Of a DNA stretch of 64,000 nt, positions 40,735 through 51,144 are shown in pieces. The stretch covers positions 160,001 to 224,000 of the forward strand of contig OZ242376.1 of assembly GCA_965209085.1 (NCBI GenBank). The letters run 5' to 3'. The notes beneath the pieces were generated by a model. It was not told the origin of the DNA. It searched no databases and saw only the letters and a program-made list of their open reading frames with translations. The stretch's first letter is position 1; each line of letters starts with the position of its first letter. The DNA is from Nitrosopumilaceae archaeon. Its GTDB lineage: Archaea > Thermoproteota > Nitrososphaeria > Nitrososphaerales > Nitrosopumilaceae. Made by a program: the position numbers and the translations under genes.

Positions 40735-42196
40735 AAGAACCGGCGCCGTTACCTTTTTGGCGTGGATATGGGACAGTCTTGATAGAACAATATTTACCGC
40801 AATAAAATTTTCATTCCCTGCCAGATTTGTCAGTCCGTTTGGATTTCTTGGAATGCTCACGTTTATTACATTTGTAATACTGGGCATAACTGGCGCATTG
40901 CTCATGTTTTATTACGAGCCCATACTTGACAGAGCTTGGGATAGCGTCGAATTTATCAACAACGACGTGCCGTACGGATTTCACATACGCAACATACACT
41001 ATCACGGCTCAAACGCCATGGTCTTGCTTGCCATGCTGCACATGTACTATCAGTATTTCAGCGGCAGGTACAAAATACGCAATGAAATACTCTGGGTTAC
41101 AGGCGTCATACTGGGAACGGTCACCATTTTGGAGGCGTTTACCGGATACGACATCATATTCAGCGAACGGGCCGAGCTTGCCATAAGCATAGCTGCATCG
41201 CTAACCAATTCCATACCTGTGGTAGGATCCCTCATACGGGAGACCATGTTTGGGAACGGATTCCACGACTTTGTGCTGCGTTTTTACGCCCAACACGTCT
41301 TCATTTTACCCCTGGTCATGCTGGGACTAATGGCGGTACACTTTCCCAGATTCCTGGTCTTTGATGTCCCAATGGTCATGGCAATATCCGGAGCCATACT
41401 AATCACCGGCGGCGTTTTTCCAATCGATCTTGGATTCAAGTTTGAACCCACGGTGCCGCCTGGCATAACGGTTCCAGAATGGTATCTGACCGCCCTTTAC
41501 GCGTTTCTTAGAACCCAGTACGACAAGTTTGTTACCGGCGTGCTCTGGCCCGGACTGTTTATACTCTCGCTGCTTTTGGTGCCGTTTATAGACAGGTATA
41601 AAAAATTCTCGTGGAAAGACCGCCCCATAATAACATCAATTGGCATAGTCGGAATTTCGCAAATCATGGTAACCACGTACTGGGGATTTTACATACCGTC
41701 GGATACTTCGCTTGCACTTGTGGAACGGCTCGTAATCGATCCAATATTCCTGTATCTTACGATGGTGATGCTAGTACCGTTGGGATTTGGATTCAGCTAC
41801 ATGATGATACATTTGGCAAAAGAATCCGAACGCAGGGCAAAGCTTGCAAAAAAAACCGGCCCGAAAAAAATTGCTACAATAGATATTTCTGACAAATGGC
41901 TCAACTGGGTCATAATAGCGATTATCGCGTTTCTGGTATTCCTAAACATAGCTGCCTACAATGCGGCTCTGACCGGATTCAAAAACCTCTCGCTGTTTTG
42001 GACCGGACTGATACTCTTTGTGTTTGCCGCATTCTTCCATGTGTATAGATACAGCATGAGCAGGGCAAAAAACGCTCCGCCACCTGTCCCTCCGTCAATA
42101 CAGGAGAGGCCCTTTGCGGATCATCTTGACAGCAAAGAGATGCCGCAGCTTGACGATCCGGGCAAAAAATCCGACGATGAAAAACCAAAAGAATGA
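40715..42196 (+). CDS. Cytochrome b, complex III
   Basis: IRNIHYHG...LHMY, FYAQHVF...AVHF heme ligands; PEWY. Confidence 0.96.
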   Translation: MAVSLSRRTGAVTFLAWIWDSLDRTIFTAIKFSFPARFVSPFGFLGMLTFITFVILGITGALLMFYYEPILDRAWDSVEFINNDVPYGFHIRNIHYHGSNAMVLLAMLHMYYQYFSGRYKIRNEILWVTGVILGTVTILEAFTGYDIIFSERAELAISIAASLTNSIPVVGSLIRETMFGNGFHDFVLRFYAQHVFILPLVMLGLMAVHFPRFLVFDVPMVMAISGAILITGGVFPIDLGFKFEPTVPPGITVPEWYLTALYAFLRTQYDKFVTGVLWPGLFILSLLLVPFIDRYKKFSWKDRPIITSIGIVGISQIMVTTYWGFYIPSDTSLALVERLVIDPIFLYLTMVMLVPLGFGFSYMMIHLAKESERRAKLAKKTGPKKIATIDISDKWLNWVIIAIIAFLVFLNIAAYNAALTGFKNLSLFWTGLILFVFAAFFHVYRYSMSRAKNAPPPVPPSIQERPFADHLDSKEMPQLDDPGKKSDDEKPKE

Positions 42197-42346
42197 TTGC
42201 ATGCGCAAATACACCGTTTAACATGATATCATAATGCAACCGGCCAAATCACTAATTCAGATCGTCATTTTATGTTTCACTGGTGTCATAAAGTATGCAA
42301 AATCAGTGTAAATATACTTTATATTTGCCATAATTGTCTAAAAATC

Positions 42347-42799
42347 ATGTCAACATATACGGCAAAATATTCGTCACAATCGGCAAATTTCATAATCCCC
42401 ATCATAGCTTTGGCGTTTCTTGGCATAGTGTACATAATGTCCCAGCGCGCAGGCTCTGAATTTGTCAGTTTTATCCTAATTGGCGTAGCGGCAATTCCCA
42501 TGATATATTGGGTCGTCGTGGTAAAAAAAATGACTTTAAAGAGCGCTACTGCATACGCGCCGCGTGAACAGGATACGAAAAACTGGGTGTACGATCTCAT
42601 AAAAGGCGATAAGGAATTTGTATTTGTAGCCGAGGTTCCAGGTCCTGAAGATAAGATATCCGTGCGACTTGTTGATGACATATTGTACATACGTGGAAGC
42701 TCCAATTTTTCAAAGGAAATCACAATGGAAAATTCCGGAGAATTATCTGACTTTAAATATAAAAACGGCGTCCTAACGCTGCGGATAAAACACCTATAG
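42347..42799 (+). CDS. Membrane-anchored Hsp20/alpha-crystallin domain protein
   Basis: Two TM helices, then VAEVPGPE...YKNGVLTLRI; start moved to 42347. Confidence 0.85.
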   Translation: MSTYTAKYSSQSANFIIPIIALAFLGIVYIMSQRAGSEFVSFILIGVAAIPMIYWVVVVKKMTLKSATAYAPREQDTKNWVYDLIKGDKEFVFVAEVPGPEDKISVRLVDDILYIRGSSNFSKEITMENSGELSDFKYKNGVLTLRIKHL

Positions 42800-43987
42800 G
42801 CTTTTTGCAAGCTCTAATTTCTGCGGCAGATACTTGTCGGTAATATTGGTCAATCCATATTTTGAAAATGCTTCCAGTTCTGCCTTGCGTTTTATTTTTA
42901 TAAATTCTTCTAGTTCTGTTTTCCATATTCCTTTTTGATATCTGGGATCTTTTTTCAGATCATGGCATCTTTTGATGTCCGATTCCGTCATGGGTATGGT
43001 AGGTAGCTTGTATTTTTCAATGTCCGATGCCCATACGCCAACCCATTTGGCGTCTGGCACGGTAAGATCCCGGAGATGGGCAGCGTTTGCCGATCCGGAT
43101 TTTATAACCATGGCAATGTGTTCTCCATACACGTCCCCGTCGGTCAGTATGATTACTGGAAGCCCAAGTTCGCTATTGAGGCGTTTTAAGAGGGTGCGTG
43201 TGGAACGAGGAGCCTGACCACCAGTATCCACTATTATTGCTTTGAATTTTTTATCCACCTGTTCTTCCACAAATCTGGTAAACAGACCGCCTTTTTCCAC
43301 AGCAATAACAATCTCAGCACTCGTGTCAATTAGTTCCGCACTGGTCAGGCTTGGACCTATTGCATAGCCGTCAGGATGGTTTGCAAGGTTCATTTTTTTC
43401 CCTTCATAACCTGGAACCGTATATTCTATGTTGAGATCTCCGAACACACTGCTTCGTTCTTCCGGAAAGACATGAAAGTCCTCCCTGGGTCTGGTCATAA
43501 CGGCTTCAAAATCGACAATAATATTGTCCGATTCTGATTGATCCTCAAAATCCACTGCAAATGCCTGTGAGGAATAATAAACATCCCTGAGCGTGGATGA
43601 TTTTTTCTCAGTTGTCAGCTTGTTGGCAAAAAATGCAAGCCAAACCAGCTGTGTATACGAACGAAGCTGGGATGTGTTTTTTGAATTACGCAGCGCAGCC
43701 GCATTTCCAAGTATGTATTGTCTGAGAGTTTCATCATATACAATGTTGCTTACTGATCTGCTTGGAATCAGCACATTTGGGAATTTGCCGCTGATTAGAT
43801 CATTGTATATTGCATTACCCTTGCTTTTTAATTCGCCAAGTATGGCCTCTTGTTTTTCTTTTGCACTGATTTTTTTTGCCTTGTTGTAGATATTGCCGGT
43901 GGTCCTTACACTTTTGATCCTGCTCTTCTTTGAGGAAGATCTTTTTGAGGCGGATTTTTTACCGCTATTTTTGCTTTTCATTTTCAT
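42794..43987 (-). CDS. top6A: DNA topoisomerase VI subunit A
   Basis: STLRDVYY, AVEK, TDGDVYG, KAELEA. Confidence 0.97.
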   Translation of the reverse strand: MKMKSKNSGKKSASKRSSSKKSRIKSVRTTGNIYNKAKKISAKEKQEAILGELKSKGNAIYNDLISGKFPNVLIPSRSVSNIVYDETLRQYILGNAAALRNSKNTSQLRSYTQLVWLAFFANKLTTEKKSSTLRDVYYSSQAFAVDFEDQSESDNIIVDFEAVMTRPREDFHVFPEERSSVFGDLNIEYTVPGYEGKKMNLANHPDGYAIGPSLTSAELIDTSAEIVIAVEKGGLFTRFVEEQVDKKFKAIIVDTGGQAPRSTRTLLKRLNSELGLPVIILTDGDVYGEHIAMVIKSGSANAAHLRDLTVPDAKWVGVWASDIEKYKLPTIPMTESDIKRCHDLKKDPRYQKGIWKTELEEFIKIKRKAELEAFSKYGLTNITDKYLPQKLELAKSL

Positions 43988-45815
43988 CCTTCATATTTCC
44001 CACCGTTAGAAACTTTTCAATATCCGGTACTTTTTTCTTTCCAGCCAATTCCGTACAAAACTGGGCTATTAACGGAAGGTATTTGGAATACAGGTTTGCC
44101 CTTTTCTTTTCGGCATCTGCCCTGCCTCTTTTTTGCATGTATGATGCAAGCTTGCGCAGTAAAAATTGTAAGGTAAGCCTCAACTCCCTCTCTATCTCCT
44201 GTCTGTCTGCAACGTTTTCCTTACCAACGGTCTTGTAGGGAATGCGTGTGGAGCAAATATGCGATATTATGACCAGCGGAGGATCGTTTCCGACCTTGTA
44301 TCTTTTGAGATCCATTTCGTTTACAACCTTTAAGACTACATCGCTGCCTTCATCGTACAGCAGCGGTATGCGATTGGCATATCTGTACACCTTTGTACCG
44401 CCGGAAGGAATTTCCCCCCCGTATGCTACGGCCATTTCCACTACAAACGGAAAACCCGAATATGCCGAAGCCGAACGTTGCAAAACAACTAAAAAATCCG
44501 GACTAAAAAATTGGTTAATTCCCTTTTCAAGAGGTTTTTCACCTAGAGGTGCAAGACAGCTCGGATCCGGAGACAAAAAGTTGGTGTATCTTTGCAGTGC
44601 ATCGCTCAGTTTTACCAGTTCCTGGTTTGTCATGGTTCCAAGCCTCTTTTCGGGCTTGAATCCGGCAAATTTTGAAAATTTTTCAGCAGTTGTGCGTCCA
44701 ACCCTTTGGAATCGCTTTGAGAGAAACGTGGAAAGCGTCTCACCTTGTATGATGCCAGCCACCTGTTTGTAATAATCGTCTTCGATCATGTCGATTGTGA
44801 TTGATTTTGATTTGCCAAAATCCCAATAGGTAATTTTTTTGTTGAGCAGATCAATATCCTCAATCTTTATCTTGGAAATTGTCTCAATATCGACTTTCAT
44901 CTGTGCCATTAACGATATTATAACTTTGGACTGTTTGGTCATGCCGGACCATTTTTTCGAAGCTTTTGCCAGTATTGTCTGCAGTGTTGGATTTGATTTT
45001 GGCTTTATCCCAAGCTCCTTTAGAATTCTGTTCATTATAGCATCATCAAAACTGGGTATGTCAAAGGCACTCTCAGTAATCATGCGCCGTATGGTCTCCA
45101 CGTCTACGCCGTACGGATGAGGATTGATTATTGTCGGAGGTTTTGGCATTTCGTTGATTATTCTGCTGTATTTGTAATTCTCGCCCTTTGGATCATCAAA
45201 GGTCACGGTTGCATACGGGGTAATAAGCGACGTCTGGTACACATAATCCCTGATCTTTGTACCGGCTTTTGTATAATCCCCCTCCAAACAAATGCTTATG
45301 GAAAGACCTTTTTTTGAAACCGGTTTTGATTCGTGTTTTAAAATAACCGGTTTATTTTTTTGTATGTCCAAAAGCATCTCGTATGATTCCTGAGTTTGCC
45401 CGTCCACGGAACTGTTTACTTTTACCGGTTTGTTCGTAGTAATCTGTCCGTAAAGTATTGCCATGGTTGCCCCAAGACCAAACATTCCCCTTGCCTGCTT
45501 TAATCCGAATTTTGATCCGTATAGAACAGTTCCAAATGCTTTGGGAATGTATTTTGATTCTATGCCCGGACCGTTGTCCTTTACGGTAAGTATGTACGCT
45601 TTGGGATCTTGTTTTTCTGGTTCAACAGCCTTTATCGAAAGATGTACGTTTGGCAATATGCCCTGCTGATCACACGCATCAAGTGCATTTTCAACAAATT
45701 CTCTTACGGCTGTATACAGTGATCTTGTGGGGTTGCTAAATCCTGCCAAATCCCTGTTTCTATAAAAAAATTCGCTGGGGGATATTTGATTAAAACTTTC
45801 CTTAATTGTGGACAT
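43965..45815 (-). CDS. top6B: DNA topoisomerase VI subunit B
   Basis: REFVENALDA, DNGPG, QARGMFGLG, RYANRIPL. Confidence 0.97.
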   Translation of the reverse strand: MSTIKESFNQISPSEFFYRNRDLAGFSNPTRSLYTAVREFVENALDACDQQGILPNVHLSIKAVEPEKQDPKAYILTVKDNGPGIESKYIPKAFGTVLYGSKFGLKQARGMFGLGATMAILYGQITTNKPVKVNSSVDGQTQESYEMLLDIQKNKPVILKHESKPVSKKGLSISICLEGDYTKAGTKIRDYVYQTSLITPYATVTFDDPKGENYKYSRIINEMPKPPTIINPHPYGVDVETIRRMITESAFDIPSFDDAIMNRILKELGIKPKSNPTLQTILAKASKKWSGMTKQSKVIISLMAQMKVDIETISKIKIEDIDLLNKKITYWDFGKSKSITIDMIEDDYYKQVAGIIQGETLSTFLSKRFQRVGRTTAEKFSKFAGFKPEKRLGTMTNQELVKLSDALQRYTNFLSPDPSCLAPLGEKPLEKGINQFFSPDFLVVLQRSASAYSGFPFVVEMAVAYGGEIPSGGTKVYRYANRIPLLYDEGSDVVLKVVNEMDLKRYKVGNDPPLVIISHICSTRIPYKTVGKENVADRQEIERELRLTLQFLLRKLASYMQKRGRADAEKKRANLYSKYLPLIAQFCTELAGKKKVPDIEKFLTVGNMKDENEKQK

Positions 45816-46374
45816 TTTGACCCTCCCATAAAATCATCTTTTCCTGTTTTACGCGTCGTCTTGAGGATTCCAGCTTGCTGTACACTGAACTGTGCATGCT
45901 GCCAAAACATAATGTTGATACAGCTTCTGAAGCGCTTTTCATTTTGGATACATTACCTATTATGGAAACAGTACGTCCGTATATGGATAATTTGGTTCCG
46001 CTTAAACTCTCTATGCTTTTTCTCGCTCTTCCCTTTTCGCCTATCAGTCTGGCTCTTACGCGTTCCACCTGTTTTGGGGATTTACCGGAAAATTCACGTA
46101 TGTCCATAATGTGCAGCGTGTTTTCTTCTTCAAGCAGATCAAAAGCATTATCGGGGGAAAAACCCCTGCCGATTGCCGATATAATTTCCGCAGCCTTGAA
46201 TGGAAGCATTTTTTCAATGTTTGAATTTGCATATATTGAAGCTTCACCGGTTTGTCCGTCTACGTTAATTTTCACGCCACATATTTCTTCAATGTGCGAT
46301 TTTGTTTTTCCACCTTTGCCTATCAGTACGGCTATGCGTTCTGTGGGTATTCTGATAATTTTTTCATAATTCAT
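45802..46374 (-). CDS. KH-domain RNA-processing protein (Dim2/Pno1-like)
   Basis: RIAVLIGKGG, AIGRGFSP, RLIGEKG. Confidence 0.93.
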   Translation of the reverse strand: MNYEKIIRIPTERIAVLIGKGGKTKSHIEEICGVKINVDGQTGEASIYANSNIEKMLPFKAAEIISAIGRGFSPDNAFDLLEEENTLHIMDIREFSGKSPKQVERVRARLIGEKGRARKSIESLSGTKLSIYGRTVSIIGNVSKMKSASEAVSTLCFGSMHSSVYSKLESSRRRVKQEKMILWEGQNVHN

Positions 46375-47168
46375 TCAATCACTTCCTTTAACACATCCGC
46401 AGGGTTGGTCACTTTTAATCCTCTTTTTACAAAAAAGTTTGTTATGTTATTAATGTCTCTTTTCAAAAACCCCAACGCTCCAGGATGCCTTTTGTCAACA
46501 GCCGATCCCAAATCAAAAACAATCAAACCTGAATCATCCTTGAATATGTTGTATTCTGACAGATCCCCGTGAACCAATCCGGCTTTTAAATACATATTTT
46601 TCATGATGGATATGGTATCTGTATAATCATCGTATGATATCTGTGCGGCGTGCATGGTTTTCTGTGGCATACCGCCGGATCCTACAAAACGTGTGGCCAT
46701 GACATTTTTTGAAACTTGGATGGGTTCTGGAACGCGAATTCCTTTTTCATAGCACAGCGTCATGTTTGTAAATTCTTTACGGGCCCACAGGTTTACCATG
46801 TTACGCGTTCCTTTTTTTATTCTCCCAAACCTTGGATCACCATCGATATAGGGCATACGCTTTTTGAAATTTGCAGTTGATACAAGATGCACCTTGAGTG
46901 CTATGTCCAAATCATTACCGCCTACTGCCCAAAACACGACCGACTCTTTACCTGCGCTGATAATTCCGTTGACGTATGATAAGATGCCGGATTTTATCAT
47001 ATCATATATGGTCATGATGGCTTGCTTGTCCAACGCCTCGTTTACAGTTTTGTTTCCTTCGAATCCGTCAAAGAGCTTGCTTTTGGTGGATCTTGCCAAT
47101 TTTGTTTTGATTTTAGAGGATGCATTGCTGTCCAATTCATACGATGTGGACATTACCTTGTTTGTCAA
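46371..47168 (-). CDS. rio1: RIO1 family kinase
   Basis: SAGKESVV, WARKEF, LVHGDLSEYNI. Confidence 0.94.
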   Translation of the reverse strand: MTNKVMSTSYELDSNASSKIKTKLARSTKSKLFDGFEGNKTVNEALDKQAIMTIYDMIKSGILSYVNGIISAGKESVVFWAVGGNDLDIALKVHLVSTANFKKRMPYIDGDPRFGRIKKGTRNMVNLWARKEFTNMTLCYEKGIRVPEPIQVSKNVMATRFVGSGGMPQKTMHAAQISYDDYTDTISIMKNMYLKAGLVHGDLSEYNIFKDDSGLIVFDLGSAVDKRHPGALGFLKRDINNITNFFVKRGLKVTNPADVLKEVIE

Positions 47169-47176
47169 TTATGTCC

Positions 47177-47494
47177 TCAAAAGTCTCGAGCAAGATGATT
47201 GCCGTTTTTGAGCCAGTCTACCTGCGGCAGTGTAAATCTCCATACGATGTCTCCGCGTTCGTCTTTTTTGAAATCCCACGGGGCTATTATGACAATATCG
47301 TTATCGCGTATCCAAATACGGCGTTTTAATTTTCCGCGTATTCTACCCCTTCTCGTTATGCCGTCTGTACATTTTACCAAAACCTGATCACTGCCCAAAA
47401 GCTTGATTACTCGTCCCAAAAGCTCGCCTTCTTCTGGAAGCCTAATCTCTTTTAACGCACTCTCATTGAGTACCTTTCGTTTTCCCACAAACAT
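47177..47494 (-). CDS. eif1a: Translation initiation factor aIF-1A
   Basis: GRIRGKLKRRIWIRDNDIVIIAPWDF. Confidence 0.96.
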   Translation of the reverse strand: MFVGKRKVLNESALKEIRLPEEGELLGRVIKLLGSDQVLVKCTDGITRRGRIRGKLKRRIWIRDNDIVIIAPWDFKKDERGDIVWRFTLPQVDWLKNGNHLARDF

Positions 47495-47525
47495 TATTTG
47501 GGTTTTTTATATATAACTGTGATGT

Positions 47526-47828
47526 TTACGCCTTGTAAACTATGAGAAATGGTACGCCGTCTACGGTTTTAATTCCTTGTTTTGAACCAACACCAAGCTC
47601 GATTGCGGCCGATACGGTTTTCTTTCCCACCATATTGATTATCAAATACTGTCGCAAAAGATTTTTAGCTTCTGCCATGCCCACTGTTTTATCACCGTAA
47701 TAATTTTTGCTGATGCTTATCACATGTTTCTTGTCACTAATGTCGCGTCCAAGAAGATCCGCATCGCACATGTTTAGCATTGTACTGCCTTGATAATTTG
47801 CAACTTTGATTGAAAATTCTGCATTCAT
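47526..47828 (-). CDS. DUF424 family protein
   Basis: MCDADLLG...YYG...INMVG...DGVPF. Confidence 0.88.
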   Translation of the reverse strand: MNAEFSIKVANYQGSTMLNMCDADLLGRDISDKKHVISISKNYYGDKTVGMAEAKNLLRQYLIINMVGKKTVSAAIELGVGSKQGIKTVDGVPFLIVYKA

Positions 47829-48247
47829 GCGTATTTGCCTTTCATTGTAGATTTTGCACCGCATGCTTCACAGATAAGAAAAGGTATTCTGTTTTCTTTT
47901 TCTATTTTTGTATCGGGGCTTCCACAAGTGGGACATTTTACATAATCTTTTATGTAAATTTCAAACAGTCGTGTAAAATCATCCGGATCACGTTTTCCTA
48001 TAAACATGGCCTTTTCCCCCAAAAGCTGGGCGGGTACGGCAAATTCTTTGGCCAGATATTGGAGTATTTTATCTGGATTGCGTCTCAAAATCTTTGGATA
48101 TTCTGAAAAATTACGCAGGAACGTTTTCTGCCCTTCCCATGCCACGTCGACCGGAGGAATTTCAAAACGTGTGGAATTTTTGACACTCCCGTCGGATATC
48201 TTGTCACTTATTCTTTTTAGCAGTTTTTCATATTCTGATTTGACCAT
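47825..48247 (-). CDS. eif2b: Translation initiation factor aIF-2 beta
   Basis: RFEIP, YVKCPTCGSPDT, CEACGA; start moved to 48247. Confidence 0.96.
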   Translation of the reverse strand: MVKSEYEKLLKRISDKISDGSVKNSTRFEIPPVDVAWEGQKTFLRNFSEYPKILRRNPDKILQYLAKEFAVPAQLLGEKAMFIGKRDPDDFTRLFEIYIKDYVKCPTCGSPDTKIEKENRIPFLICEACGAKSTMKGKYA

Positions 48248-48412
48248 ATATTGCCTGTATGTGTGTGTAATATATGGATTAACACGGGGCAAATTTTTCC
48301 AAAATTACACGTTTGAATTTGGCATAATCGGTTTTATATGCGATCGACGATAACCTGCGGTATCGCCTAAAAGGCATCCGAATAAAAAATATGGATTTAA
48401 AAAATGACGATT

Positions 48413-48556
48413 TTATGGTTTGCCTATACGGAAAACATTGGTGTTGCAAACGGGACACTTGCCTTTTACTGCAGGACGGCCGTTTTTTAGCGTTGTCACC
48501 TCAGGATCCATTATTTCTTGTTTTTTTCTGCATTTGACGCAGTATGCTTCTGTCAT
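48413..48556 (-). CDS. DUF5679-like small basic zinc-ribbon protein (47 aa)
   Basis: MTEAYCVKCR...KNGRPAVKGKCPVCNT. Confidence 0.85.
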   Translation of the reverse strand: MTEAYCVKCRKKQEIMDPEVTTLKNGRPAVKGKCPVCNTNVFRIGKP

Positions 48557-48707
48557 GAAAAACATAAGATACAGGCAGTATTTAGTTAACGACTGTAAAC
48601 AATTTTTAACTATAAGATGTGTACTGAAGGAATTATTTTTGTAAAATCTGCGGCATTTTACGTCAAATTGTGCCATCAGTTATAACATACGTCCTAGGCA
48701 AATTGTC

Positions 48708-49196
48708 GTGGCGTCGAAAAAAGGGATAATAATGACCATAGTGGTTTTAGGATTCATTACGGCGGCAAGTTTTTTGGTATGGACACTTCCACAAGGGGCC
48801 ACCATAAGCGTTTCAGATTACGGGGCATACCTTGACCGTGTACAACAGATAAACCGGGTCGTTGTGGAAGAGATCGATGATAATTTTCAAATGCTCACAT
48901 CCGGCGGTCTTGATGCTGACGCATACGTTGATGCTGCAAAAACTTCGTCTGCACAACTGCGTTCAGAGCTGATACAAATGATGCAGGTAGGTGTTCCAGA
49001 GCAATGGGCAGAAAGCTACCAAAAACAGGTCGATTCAACAAGGCTCTCATTAGAGTACATCCGGGAAACCATTACAGTAGCCGAAAAAATTGACAAAGGC
49101 GATGACACAGATGATGCTGTCACAAGTGTCGAGGCGATGCGTGAACGCGCTGACACAGCAGACATGAAAGTAAATCACACGCGTCCTGACACCTAG
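48708..49196 (+). CDS. Hypothetical membrane-anchored helical protein
   Basis: N-terminal TM helix; ORF fills the gap. Confidence 0.75.
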   Translation: MASKKGIIMTIVVLGFITAASFLVWTLPQGATISVSDYGAYLDRVQQINRVVVEEIDDNFQMLTSGGLDADAYVDAAKTSSAQLRSELIQMMQVGVPEQWAESYQKQVDSTRLSLEYIRETITVAEKIDKGDDTDDAVTSVEAMRERADTADMKVNHTRPDT

Positions 49197-49247
49197 GCAC
49201 GCACCTGCTAGGTAACCGTTAAAAGGCGATTTTGTGTATTACAGTAA

Positions 49248-50366
49248 ATGCAAAAAGAAACCGTAATTGATACAAAGACAGAATCTGCCAAACTTTTGGT
49301 CATATGCGTGGATCGGGACAATGACGTGGGTGAGAAAACCGGACTTGCAACTCCTGTAGTGGGACGCAATGCATGCATTGAAGCGGCACAGAAACTGGCG
49401 CTTGAGGATCCCGAAGATGCGGATTCAAACGCAATATTTTCCGCGATAAAAACATACGAGGATTTGATCAGCAGGGGATACAAGGCGCAGGTAATCATAG
49501 TAACGGGCGTAGAGCACAGGGGAGTGGCAGCTGATGAAAAAATTGCTCTAGAAATAAAATCTGTCCTTAAAACATACAGTGCAAACGGCGCCGTAATTGT
49601 ATCTGACGGCGAAGATGATGAATCGGTAATTCCGGTCATACAGAATGTTCTTCCGGTAGTTTCCGTACAACGCGTAGTAATGAGGGTAAGCCGCACGGTG
49701 GAATACTCGTACGCGGTGTTTGCAAAATATGTAAAAATGCTTGCATACGATTCCAAATATTCAAAATTTTTCCTGGGTGTTCCAGGGATACTGCTGCTGA
49801 TAGGAGGTATTGCAACAGCATTCGGATATACGGCGGAAATTTTTGCAGTACTAGTTAGCATACTTGGAGCTGCATTTGTCATACGGGCATTTGACATAGA
49901 CAAGGCGTGGACTAGCTGGACCAAACCTTCTCCTTCGGGTTTTGTCAGATTGTTCACCGTAGTGGCGGGAATTGTGCTAATTCTCTCTTCGTTGGCTGCC
50001 GGATTCTCTGCTATAACATTAGATGAGATCTCCCAACCCTCGGATCTTTTGACCAATGGGGCAATCGCAGGCCAGTTTATCACTGGAGCGCTGCCCATAA
50101 TGTGGGTCGGATTGGGAACGCTGTTTGCAGGCACCCTGATCAGCAATTTGCTGGGAGGCGTCCAACGGCAGATAAACGACTCGCTTCGAATAATCGCCCT
50201 AGCCTCGCTGTATCCAACATTGGCACAGTTTGCACACATTTTGGTAACAGGCGAGAGTACGTTGACACTTGTTCTGCCGCTTGTGATCGGCCTGACGATC
50301 ACGGTCATAGCCGCCTTTGCTCTTTTCAAACGGTACAGAAACCCGCGTACAAATCTGGAATTGTAA
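49248..50366 (+). CDS. DUF373 family membrane protein
   Basis: LLVICVDRDNDVG, DPEDADSN, VSDGEDD. Confidence 0.92.
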   Translation: MQKETVIDTKTESAKLLVICVDRDNDVGEKTGLATPVVGRNACIEAAQKLALEDPEDADSNAIFSAIKTYEDLISRGYKAQVIIVTGVEHRGVAADEKIALEIKSVLKTYSANGAVIVSDGEDDESVIPVIQNVLPVVSVQRVVMRVSRTVEYSYAVFAKYVKMLAYDSKYSKFFLGVPGILLLIGGIATAFGYTAEIFAVLVSILGAAFVIRAFDIDKAWTSWTKPSPSGFVRLFTVVAGIVLILSSLAAGFSAITLDEISQPSDLLTNGAIAGQFITGALPIMWVGLGTLFAGTLISNLLGGVQRQINDSLRIIALASLYPTLAQFAHILVTGESTLTLVLPLVIGLTITVIAAFALFKRYRNPRTNLEL

Positions 50367-50409
50367 CATTTCCCATCTGTTAAATAAACGGCGTGGGGAG
50401 TGTTTTTTA

Positions 50410-51144
50410 ATGGACTCTCAAAATCCTCCAAGTGTGGATTCTCCATTTTTACATCATGTAGGATTTATTCTAGATGGCAACCGCAGGTGGATGAAAAACA
50501 AAAACCTGCTGGGAATAGCGCACAAGGCCGGAGCTGACAAGGTGGAAGATCTGATTGACTGGTCGTACGAGCTGGGCATAAAGACAATTACGCTGTACGT
50601 ACTCTCAACGGAAAATCTGATACGCGAATGCGACTATCTTGAACAGCTTTATGATCTTATGGTGGAAAGACTGGAAAAATTATATTCTGATCCAAACCTG
50701 CACAAGAGGAAAATGCGCATAACTGCGATAGGCGAAATTAATCTTTTACCGGACAGAGTGCAAAAATTATTTGCAACACTTGATGAGGCGACAGCAGGAT
50801 ACGATGGACAATATGTCAACTTTGCCGTGGCATACGGCGGACGCCATGAAATAATACACGCGGTAAAAAAGATCTGCGCCAAGGTAAAAAAAGGGGACCT
50901 CTTACCGGATGAAATAAACGAAAAGATTTTTGAATCGTGCCTGTATACGTCAAAAATACCAAATCCGCAGCCGGATCTGATTATTCGCACGGCGGGGGAA
51001 ACAAGACTCAGCGGATTTTTACTCTGGCAGTGTGCCTATAGCGAGCTAATCTTTTTGGACATTCTGTGGCCTGAATTTGAAAAAAAGAATCTGATCGAAT
51101 CCATAGAGATGTACCATAACCGCGGAAGGAGGTTTGGAAAATGA
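50410..51144 (+). CDS. uppS: cis-prenyltransferase (polyprenyl diphosphate synthase)
   Basis: HVGFILDGNRRW, STEN, YGGR, PDLIIRTAGETRLSGFLLWQ, RRFG. Confidence 0.96.
   Translation: MDSQNPPSVDSPFLHHVGFILDGNRRWMKNKNLLGIAHKAGADKVEDLIDWSYELGIKTITLYVLSTENLIRECDYLEQLYDLMVERLEKLYSDPNLHKRKMRITAIGEINLLPDRVQKLFATLDEATAGYDGQYVNFAVAYGGRHEIIHAVKKICAKVKKGDLLPDEINEKIFESCLYTSKIPNPQPDLIIRTAGETRLSGFLLWQCAYSELIFLDILWPEFEKKNLIESIEMYHNRGRRFGK

Noticed and set aside
42197-42346. Possible C/D-box sRNA (ATGACGA and CTGA on the minus strand)
   Set aside because: Box spacing does not fit a C-D'-C'-D layout
48340-48400. Three short adjacent hairpins (CGATA/TATCG, GCCT/AGGC, ATCCG/TGGAT)
   Set aside because: Stems of only 4-5 bp, compatible with chance
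49208-50446. 412-aa minus-strand ORF and other long antisense ORFs (e.g. 31110-31952, 61526-62365, 9853-10620)
   Set aside because: Shadows of well-supported genes on the opposite strand, with no motifs
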